Source: Occultella glacieicola
GTDB lineage: Bacteria; Actinomycetota; Actinomycetes; Actinomycetales; Beutenbergiaceae
Length of the DNA stretch: 23,769 nucleotides
Direction of reading: 5' to 3'
Assembly: GCF_004353825.1 (NCBI RefSeq)
Contig: NZ_SMNA01000004.1
Coordinates: 496,001 to 519,769 of the forward strand
Part shown: positions 17,128 to 23,769 of the stretch, piece by piece
Numbering within the stretch: position 1 is the first letter of the stretch
Layout: every line of letters begins with the position of its first letter
The notes under the pieces: generated by a model
Databases searched by the model: none
What the model saw: only the letters and a program-made list of their open reading frames with translations
Told to the model about the DNA's origin: nothing
Program-made: the position numbers and the translations under genes

Positions 17128-19877
17128 CGTCCGCCGACCAGCCCGAGACCACCGGAGCCCTGGAGCCCTACGCGCTGCGCGTCGAGCACCTCGAGAACCC
17201 GATCGGACTCGACGAGCCGCGGCCCCGGTTCGCCTGGCGGCTGCGCACGAGCGAGCACGGCCGGGGCCAGGGCGCCTACCGCATCGTCGTCACCGGCCGC
17301 CGCGGCGAGCTCGCGTGGGACAGCGGCCGGGTCGAGTCCGCCGACCAGTTCGAGATCGGCTACGCTGGCGCCGCGCTGCGTCCGAACAGCGGCTACTCCT
17401 GGACCGTGCAGGTCTGGGACACACACGGCGCCGCCGGCGCGGGCGAGAGCGCCACCTTCGAGACCGGTCGGCTCGGGCGGCCGTGGGTCGCTCGCTGGAT
17501 CGGTCGCGACCGTCGGGACCGGGCCGCGTTCCTGGCGCCGGCCGACGACGACCTCACCTGGAACACCCGCGGCCTGCCGGCGCCGTCGTTGCTGCGCACC
17601 ACGTTCGAGACCCAGCGCGCCGTGACCACGGCCCGCCTGCAGATCACCGCCCGCGGTCTGTACGAGGCCCGCATCAACGGTGAACTGGTCCACGACACCG
17701 CGCTCAACCCGGGCTGGACCGACTACCAGCGCCGGATCTTCTACCAGACCTACGACGTCACCGACGCCGTGCGGACCGGCGCGAACGCCATCGGGGTGGT
17801 CCTCGCGGACGGCTGGTGGAGCGGCTTCGTCGGCTACGACGCCCGCAACGCCGGCCGGCTCTACGGCGACGCGCCGGCGCTGCTCGCCGAGCTGCACCTG
17901 ACCCTCGCCGACGGCTCCACCCAGGTGATCCGCACCGACGAGACCTGGCGCGAGTCCGCCGGGGAGTGGCTGCACGCCGACCTGCTCATGGGGGAGGGCG
18001 TCGACGCCCGCCGGCGCCCGGAGGGCTGGGACGCCCCGGGCTTCGACGACGCGCACTGGCGCCGGGCCCGGGCCCTCGGCGACGACACCGCGAACGTCAC
18101 CGGGGCCACCGCCCCGCCGATCCGCACGGTCGCCGAGGTGGCGCCGGTGAGCGTGCGGACCGACGCCGACGGCGGCGCCGTGATCGACTTCGGCCAGAAC
18201 CTCGTGGGCCACCTGCGCCTACGGATCCGGGGCGCCGCCGTCGGGCAGTTCCTCGAACTGACCCACGCCGAGACGCTCGACGCCGACGGCAACCTGTACC
18301 GGGAGAACCTGCGCCGCGCGGAGGCGCGTGACCTCTACTACGCCCGCGGCGACGCCGAGGAGACGTTCGAGCCCCGGTTCACGTTCCACGGCTTCCGGTA
18401 CGCCCGGATCGCCGGGCTCGGCGCCGACCTGGACCCGGCGGACGTGCGGGCGGTGGTGCTCAGCAGCGACCTCGAGGAGGTCGGCAGCTTCGACTGCGAC
18501 AACCCCGACGTGCTGCAGATCGTGTCCAACACCCGGTGGAGCCAGCGCGGGAACTTCCTGTCCGTGCCCACCGACTGCCCGCAGCGCGACGAGCGGCTCG
18601 GCTGGCTCGCCGATGCGCAGGTGTTCGCGCCCACGGCCGCTCGGGCCAGCGACGTGTCCGCGTTCTTCGCGACCTGGATGGTGGACGTGGTCTCCGGGCA
18701 GAGCCCGGACGGCGCGTTCGGTGACATCGCCCCCGCCGGCCCGTGGATGGGCGAGGGCGCGCCCGCCTGGGGCGACGCCGGCGTGATCATCCCGATGATG
18801 CTGTTCGACACCTACGGCGACCGGCGCCAGCTCGAACGGTCCTACCCGGCGATGGTGCGCTGGATCGAGCACGTCCGCGGCGCGAACCCGGACCTGCTCT
18901 GGCGCCGACGGGTCGGTTCCAACTACGGCGACTGGCTGCACACCGGCCCCGAGACGGCCCGGGACGTGCTCGCCACCGCGTACTTCGCGAACTCGACCTC
19001 GCTCGTGGCCCGGGCAGCCGCCGTCCTCGGCCGCCCCGACGACGAACTGGCGTACACCGCGCTCGCCCAGCAGATCCGGGACGCCTTCGTCGCCGAGTTC
19101 GTGCGCGAGGGGAGCATCACCTCCGACACCCAGACCTGCTACCTGCTCGCCCTCGATTACGACCTGCTCCCGCCGGACCAGGTCCCGGGCGCCGTCGACA
19201 GGCTCGTGGCGCTGGTCCGTGAGGCCGGGAACCGGCTCACCACCGGGTTCGTGGGCGTCTCGAAGATCTGCCGGGTGCTCAGCGCCCACGGCCACGACGA
19301 CCTCGCCCAGGCGCTGCTGGTCCAGGAGGAGTACCCGAGCTGGCTGTTCCCGATCCGGCAGGGCGCCACCACGATCTGGGAGCGCTGGGACGGGTGGACC
19401 CCCGAGGGTGGGTTCCAGTCCGCGAACATGAACTCCTTCAACCACTACAGCCTCGGCGCCGTGGTCGACTGGATCTACGCGACCCTCGGCGGCATCGACC
19501 GGGCACCCGGTTCGGTCGCCTACCGCGAGGTCCTCGTGCGGCCCCGCCCGGGCGCCGGCGTGAGCCGCGCGTCCGCGACCCAGGAGACCCCGCTCGGTCG
19601 GGTCGCGACCTCGTGGGAGCTCGTCGACGGCCGGTTCAGCCTGGACGTGGAGCTCCCGCCGGGAGCCCGCGGCGTGCTCTCCCTCCCGACGGCGGAACTC
19701 GCCTCGGTCTCCGACGGTTCCGGCGGCGCCGTGGCCGGGGCGGCCTCGGTCGGCCCGCACGGGGAGGTCGAGCTGCGGGTGCCCGGCGGGCGGCACAGGC
19801 TGGTGGTGGACGGGGTGGTCGTGGACGGGGTGGTCGTGGACGGGGCCGCCGCGGGTCTGGTGATGCACTCCGCGTAG
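17124..19877 (+). CDS. Glycoside hydrolase family 78 alpha-L-rhamnosidase (917 aa, cytoplasmic)
   Basis: Coding part of track ORF 16407..19877; ATG at 17124 after AAGGAG, with ATGA overlap. Motifs WDSGRVES, PGWTDY, DFGQNLVG, PRFTFHGFRY, PTDCPQRDERLGW, GATTIWERWD and MNSFNHY. Confidence 0.95.
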   Translation: MTSADQPETTGALEPYALRVEHLENPIGLDEPRPRFAWRLRTSEHGRGQGAYRIVVTGRRGELAWDSGRVESADQFEIGYAGAALRPNSGYSWTVQVWDTHGAAGAGESATFETGRLGRPWVARWIGRDRRDRAAFLAPADDDLTWNTRGLPAPSLLRTTFETQRAVTTARLQITARGLYEARINGELVHDTALNPGWTDYQRRIFYQTYDVTDAVRTGANAIGVVLADGWWSGFVGYDARNAGRLYGDAPALLAELHLTLADGSTQVIRTDETWRESAGEWLHADLLMGEGVDARRRPEGWDAPGFDDAHWRRARALGDDTANVTGATAPPIRTVAEVAPVSVRTDADGGAVIDFGQNLVGHLRLRIRGAAVGQFLELTHAETLDADGNLYRENLRRAEARDLYYARGDAEETFEPRFTFHGFRYARIAGLGADLDPADVRAVVLSSDLEEVGSFDCDNPDVLQIVSNTRWSQRGNFLSVPTDCPQRDERLGWLADAQVFAPTAARASDVSAFFATWMVDVVSGQSPDGAFGDIAPAGPWMGEGAPAWGDAGVIIPMMLFDTYGDRRQLERSYPAMVRWIEHVRGANPDLLWRRRVGSNYGDWLHTGPETARDVLATAYFANSTSLVARAAAVLGRPDDELAYTALAQQIRDAFVAEFVREGSITSDTQTCYLLALDYDLLPPDQVPGAVDRLVALVREAGNRLTTGFVGVSKICRVLSAHGHDDLAQALLVQEEYPSWLFPIRQGATTIWERWDGWTPEGGFQSANMNSFNHYSLGAVVDWIYATLGGIDRAPGSVAYREVLVRPRPGAGVSRASATQETPLGRVATSWELVDGRFSLDVELPPGARGVLSLPTAELASVSDGSGGAVAGAASVGPHGEVELRVPGGRHRLVVDGVVVDGVVVDGAAAGLVMHSA
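19801..19845 (+). repeat. In-frame 15-bp tandem repeat, 3 copies, at the 3' end of GH78
   Basis: TGGTGGTGGACGGGG / TGGTCGTGGACGGGG / TGGTCGTGGACGGGG, encoding VVDGV-VVDGV-VVDG. Confidence 0.9.
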
Positions 19878-19894
19878 TTCTCGGGTGCGATGGA

Positions 19895-19921
19895 TGTCGA
19901 GAACGTTCGGTCGGCTCCGTC
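19895..19921 (+). promoter_or_regulatory. ECF sigma factor promoter, ECF42-like
   Basis: TGTCGA (19895-19900)-N17-CGTC (19918-19921) upstream of the PPOX gene; matches the ECF42 target motif as I recall it. Confidence 0.55.
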
Positions 19922-19975
19922 TCCGGGGTACGAGGCACCGAACGGGCCCCGACCACACCGAAGGAGTGACCCATC

Positions 19976-20497
19976 GTGGAACCCAACGAGATCGCCGAGA
20001 TCCTGAACCGCCCGCTGAGCCAGGAGCTCCTGGCCCGTGACCTGCTCCGGATGGCCTACGTCGCGAAGGACGGCACGCCGCGGAACATCCCGGTCGGATT
20101 CGCCTGGAACGGGACCGAGATCGTCGTCTGCACCCCCACGAACGCGGCGAAACTGGTGTCCCTGCGGCACAACCCCGCGGTGGCGCTGACGATCGACACC
20201 GAGGTGCACCCGCCGAAGATCCTGTTCATCCGCGGCCGGGCCGAGCTGGACGAGGTGGAGGGCATCCCGGAGGAGTACCTCGAGATGAACGGCAGCTACC
20301 GGATGACCCCGGAGCAGCGGGTCGAGTGGGAGGCCGGGGTGCGAGACCTCTACGACCGGATGGTCCGGATCGTCATCACCCCGACCTGGGCCAAGCTCAT
20401 CGACTTCGAGACCACCCTGCCGAGCGCCGTCGAGGAGCTGATCCAGCGGCAGGCCGAGCGGCAGGGCGCCTCGAACCAGCCGCGCGCCGCCGACTAG
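19976..20497 (+). CDS. Pyridoxamine 5'-phosphate oxidase-family (split beta-barrel flavin/F420-binding) protein
   Basis: AAGGAG RBS and GTG start. Motifs MAYVAKDGTPRNIPVGF, AKLVSLRHNPAVALTID and IRGRAE. Confidence 0.85.
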   Translation: MEPNEIAEILNRPLSQELLARDLLRMAYVAKDGTPRNIPVGFAWNGTEIVVCTPTNAAKLVSLRHNPAVALTIDTEVHPPKILFIRGRAELDEVEGIPEEYLEMNGSYRMTPEQRVEWEAGVRDLYDRMVRIVITPTWAKLIDFETTLPSAVEELIQRQAERQGASNQPRAAD

Positions 20498-21144
20498 CCG
20501 CGCGCCAGTACCTCGGCGGCCCGGCGGACACCGAGCTCCGGGCTGGTCAGGACCGGCACGTCCACGCTCACCGTCGCGGCCGCCCCGGCCATCGAGGCCT
20601 GGGCCAGCACCACCACGTCCGCCTGCGCGGCCCACTCGACGATCGCGGCGCCGACCAGTTCGTCGTGGCGGGCCCGGTCACCACCGGAGACCGCCTCGAA
20701 CGCGCCCGCCACGATCACCTCGTGCAGTTCCGGCGACCGCGCGGCCAGCTCGGCGCGCTCACGCAGCAGGGCCGCCGTGGGGGCCAGCGTGGTGGGCAGC
20801 GTCGCGATCACGGCGATCCGCGCCCCGGCACCGATCGCCTCGTCCGCCATCGCCTCGTCGATGCGCAGCACCGGCACGCCGAGCTCGTCGGCCAGGCCGG
20901 CCGCGTACCCGGAGATCGAGGAGCAGGAGAACATGATCGCGTCGGCCCCGGCGGCCCGCGCGGCCCGGCCCAGGTCGAGCAGGCGCTCGCGGACGCCGGT
21001 GCCCTCGGCGTCCCGGCCGAGGTCGGCGACGATCTTGTCGTCGAGCAGGTGATGGGCCTCCACCCCCGGCAGGTGCCTGGCGGCGAGCTCGGCGATCGTC
21101 GGGATCACGACGGCGCCGGTGTGGATGAACGAGATTCGGGTCAT
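20494..21144 (-). CDS. Asp/Glu/hydantoin racemase-superfamily protein (single-Cys type)
   Basis: Motifs ISFIHT, GADAIMFSCSSI, VPVLRIDEAMA, IATLPTTLAPT, DVVVLAQASMA and PVLTSP; GGAGG RBS. Confidence 0.85.
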   Translation of the reverse strand: MTRISFIHTGAVVIPTIAELAARHLPGVEAHHLLDDKIVADLGRDAEGTGVRERLLDLGRAARAAGADAIMFSCSSISGYAAGLADELGVPVLRIDEAMADEAIGAGARIAVIATLPTTLAPTAALLRERAELAARSPELHEVIVAGAFEAVSGGDRARHDELVGAAIVEWAAQADVVVLAQASMAGAAATVSVDVPVLTSPELGVRRAAEVLARG

Positions 21145-21187
21145 GGTGGAGCCTCCGTGCTTTCTGGGCCGTGTCGGGAGGTGCCGG

Positions 21188-23170
21188 TCACCGCAGCCGC
21201 GGCAGCCAGACGGACATCTCGCCGGGGCCGCGGTTGGCCCAGCGGGCGTAGGGGACGAGGGTCAGCGGCAGCGGGGCCGGGTCCTCCTCGCGCAGCTCCC
21301 CGTAGAGCGAACCGGCCGCGACCGGGCTCGGGATCCGGACCGCGTCCGTGTGCAGGGTGACGTAGTCGGTGAAGATGCCCTCGCCGTCGGCCTCCCGCCA
21401 CCGTGCACCCGCCGGGACGTACACGGACTCCACGCCCACGCCGTCGGGCAGGTCCGCGCTCTCCACGCAGTACACGAGGGGCCCCCGCACGATCGCGACC
21501 TGGTTCGTGGCCTCCTCCACGAAGTGGTGGGCGACCATGGTGCGGGTGCGCAGCGGGATCTCGACGAGGACCTCGGAGTCGGACCAGGTGCGCTCGATCA
21601 CCGCGTAGCCGCCCTCGACGGCCGAGGTCGCCTCGCCGTCGACGGCCACCGTGGCCTCGGGGGCCCAGCCCGGGATCCGCACGCGCAACTGCGCCCGCAC
21701 CGGCCGCTCGGCGCGCACCCGGATCCGGACGGTCCCCTCGCTCGGGTAGCGGGTGGTCTGGGTGACCTCGACGGGCACGTCACCGACGGTGAGGGCCGCG
21801 GTGCCGGGCAGGAACTGGTGCACCCAGAGCGCATCGGGGGAGCGCGAGTACACGTAGTACGGCAGTTCCGCGATCACCCGGGCGATGTTCGGCGGGCAGC
21901 AGAAGCAGTTCGTCATGTACTCCTGGCGCAGCCGGTTGTCCGAGGCCGGGGGCGTGGTCCGCTCCGGGTCGCCGGCCCGGCGCATCTGGTAGGGCAGGTC
22001 CCGGACCGCGCGCAGCGGGTTCGTGTAGAAGTAGCTGGACCCCTCGGCGCCGATCATCGCCGGCAGCGAGTTGAACAGGACCCGTTCGATCTCGTCGGCG
22101 TATTTCGCCTCGCCCGTCAGGGCGAGCATCCGCCAGGACCACAGCACGAACCCGAGGGTCGCGCAGGACTCGTTGTACGCCGTCGTCTGCGGCAGCTGGA
22201 ACGGCCGCCCGTACGCCTGGTGCGTCTTCGTGATCGTCGAGTAGTCCTGCCCGGCGTCCGGGGAGGCGCCGTCGTACACGGCGCCGCAGCCGCCGGTCAG
22301 GTACAGCTTCGCGGAGACCACGTCCTGCCAGAGCGCCTCGACGGCCTCACGGAAGGCGGGATCGCCGGTCTCCAGGGCGTAGTCGGTCATGCCGGCGAAC
22401 AGGTAGTTCGCGCGGACGGCGTGCCCGGTGGCCACGTGCTGGTCCTGCACGGGGTGGACGTCCTGGTTGTCGTCCCCGCCGGCGCCGCCCTTGCCCCCGT
22501 GCAGCTCGAGCAGGCGGCGGGCGAGGTCGAGGTAGCGGGAATCGCCGGTGCTGCGGTAGACCTCGATCGTGCCCATGTAGTGCGACGGGCAGATGTTGCA
22601 GTCGGCGAGCGCCTCGGGCTGCTCCTGCGCGGCGCGGACCAGGAAGTCGGCCGCGCGCAACGCCGCCGCGTAATAGGTGTCCGAGCCGGTGAGCCGCTTG
22701 TGCAGGCAGCCGAGCGTCATCAGGTGCCCGAGGTTGTAGGTCTCGAACTGGAGCCGGTCGGTCAGCGGGCGGACGTCCTCGCCGCGGTTCGCGGCGATGG
22801 TGGTCCGCGTGTGCACGTACCCGTCCGGTTGCTGCGCCGCGACGATCGCGTCCGCGGCCTCGGCCACCCGGTCGGCCAGGCCCGGGGCGTCCGGCTCGGC
22901 GACGACGGCGGCCTCGAGCCACTTGTACAGGTCGCCGTCCATGAACGGGGCGGCGTGGTGCTCGCCGGTCGCGCGGCCGGCCGCGATCCGGAAGTTCTCC
23001 ACGGCGTGGGCGATCTCGGGGTCGAACATCAGGTCGCCCATCGAGGGGATCGTCACCTCGAGCGCGTTCGTGCGCAGTCGCCCGAGCGGTCCGTGGCCGT
23101 CCAGGGAGACCGACGACGGCGGCAGGGACGTCATCACGGCGTGCGGGCTGGCGGTGGTGTCGGTCAGCAT
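21188..23170 (-). CDS. Glycoside hydrolase family 127, aceric-acid-hydrolase-like (660 aa)
   Basis: Likely ATG at 23170, overlapping the kinase stop, with GGAG upstream. Motifs FMDGDLYKWLEA, YNLGHL, GHAVRANYL, YDGASPD...HQAYGRPFQLP, YNESCA, CFCCPPN and RGPLVYCVE. The GH127 family call is firm; the specificity is inferred. Confidence 0.9.
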   Translation of the reverse strand: MLTDTTASPHAVMTSLPPSSVSLDGHGPLGRLRTNALEVTIPSMGDLMFDPEIAHAVENFRIAAGRATGEHHAAPFMDGDLYKWLEAAVVAEPDAPGLADRVAEAADAIVAAQQPDGYVHTRTTIAANRGEDVRPLTDRLQFETYNLGHLMTLGCLHKRLTGSDTYYAAALRAADFLVRAAQEQPEALADCNICPSHYMGTIEVYRSTGDSRYLDLARRLLELHGGKGGAGGDDNQDVHPVQDQHVATGHAVRANYLFAGMTDYALETGDPAFREAVEALWQDVVSAKLYLTGGCGAVYDGASPDAGQDYSTITKTHQAYGRPFQLPQTTAYNESCATLGFVLWSWRMLALTGEAKYADEIERVLFNSLPAMIGAEGSSYFYTNPLRAVRDLPYQMRRAGDPERTTPPASDNRLRQEYMTNCFCCPPNIARVIAELPYYVYSRSPDALWVHQFLPGTAALTVGDVPVEVTQTTRYPSEGTVRIRVRAERPVRAQLRVRIPGWAPEATVAVDGEATSAVEGGYAVIERTWSDSEVLVEIPLRTRTMVAHHFVEEATNQVAIVRGPLVYCVESADLPDGVGVESVYVPAGARWREADGEGIFTDYVTLHTDAVRIPSPVAAGSLYGELREEDPAPLPLTLVPYARWANRGPGEMSVWLPRLR

Positions 23171-23652
23171 CGGGCTGGGGTCTCCATCGGGTCGCTGGTG
23201 GCGGAGGTGGTCGTCGCCCGGCCGAGCCGGACGTCCTCGAACAGGTCGGGGTGGCCCATCTGGCCGCCCTTGAGCACCATCTCGGTGCCGTCGTACGCGG
23301 CGCCGGGGGCGTGCGCGCGGCACAGCGCCACATTGCCCCACGGGCGAGACTCGATGCCGAGGGCGCCCACGCCGAGCGCGCGCAGGAGGTGCCCGCTGGT
23401 GTCGCCCCCGCAGACGACCAGCCGGGTGCGCGGTGCGGCGGACAGCCGGGCCCGGCCCACCTCCGCAAGGCCCGCGACCACGTCGTCGGACGACACGGAC
23501 CGGCCGCCCGGGGTGCTCGAGTGGAACACCGTGCTCGCGCCGCCGACATGGGCGGCGATCGCCCGCTCGACGGCGTCGGCCTCGCGCAGGTCGAGCGCCG
23601 TCCAGCCGGCGGCCACGGCCGCCCGGATCTGGTCCCAGGTCCGCCCCGACCG
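23164..23652 (-). pseudogene. C-terminal nucleotide-binding domain of a DUF1537 four-carbon acid-sugar kinase (3-oxo-isoapionate kinase-like), separated from its N-terminus
   Basis: Reads RSGRTWDQIRAAVAAGW...RLVVCGGDTSGHLLRALG...EMVLKGGQMGHPDLF. Similarity ends at about 23652, where the conserved SGS motif should precede. The frame stays open upstream but reads as antisense of plus-strand coding sequence. Confidence 0.75.
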
Positions 23653-23713
23653 GCGCGCGGAGTCGGTGCCGGAGCTTTCCGCGGCCCTAGCCGCGTTCGG
23701 GCCGCCCCGATGA
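23651..23713 (+). pseudogene. Orphan 3' end of a gene, possibly a RuBisCO-like protein C-terminus
   Basis: RRAESVPELSAALAAFGPPR-stop resembles the PELxxALxxFG tail of RuBisCO-like proteins and is coupled by ATGA to the kinase start. At only 20 codons the identity is tentative. Confidence 0.45.
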
Positions 23714-23769
23714 GGTTCGGCTTCTACGGCGACGACTTCACCGGATCGGTGGACGCGCTGCTGCAGCTG
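23710..23769 (+). CDS. N-terminus of a DUF1537 four-carbon acid-sugar kinase (runs off the window)
   Basis: Not in the ORF track. Reads MRFGFYGDDFTGSVDALLQL, containing the diagnostic DDFTG motif. Confidence 0.85.
   Translation, partial: MRFGFYGDDFTGSVDALLQL

Noticed and set aside
21119..23650. 864-aa plus-strand ORF as a real gene
   Set aside because: Antisense to GH127 and the kinase fragment; only its last 20 or so codons look like genuine coding sequence and these are reported separately.
23653..23769. Reading the open minus-strand frame as the intact kinase continuing off the window
   Set aside because: The frame has no stop, but its translation lacks kinase similarity while the opposite strand encodes the DDFTG N-terminus.
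1..23769. CRISPR arrays, tRNA/rRNA genes, transposases, integrases, phage or defence genes
   Set aside because: No spaced direct repeats or recognisable motifs seen, and intergenic gaps are short and explained by promoters and hairpins.

Overview
Very GC-rich actinobacterial DNA; a Micrococcales-like source is my inference from codon usage, promoter style and gene content. Almost the whole window is one carbohydrate-utilisation locus. A leftward operon encodes a GH95, a family III CoA-transferase, a solute-binding-fold protein with no signal peptide, a MaoC dehydratase and an amidohydrolase/lactonase. It diverges from two ATPase-less sugar ABC importers, which are followed by an aldo/keto reductase, a GH2 beta-galactosidase and a GH78 alpha-L-rhamnosidase. 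A PPOX-family gene with its own ECF-type promoter comes next. A convergent leftward operon then carries a DUF1537 kinase 3' half, a GH127 and an Asp/Glu-racemase-like gene. Four points stand out. (1) The GH127 has Gln at the acid/base position, the aceric-acid-hydrolase signature; together with GH95, GH2, GH78 and apionate-type kinase sequence this suggests a rhamnogalacturonan-II (RG-II) degradation locus. (2) The CoA-transferase/MaoC/cytoplasmic SBP/lactonase module is a candidate undescribed CoA-dependent pathway for a rare RG-II sugar. (3) An apparent inversion breakpoint near 23652 puts the N- and C-terminal parts of the DUF1537 kinase on opposite strands. (4) Three LacI-type operator-like sites lie at the three main promoters. 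All family calls rest on motif recognition from memory; no searches were run.
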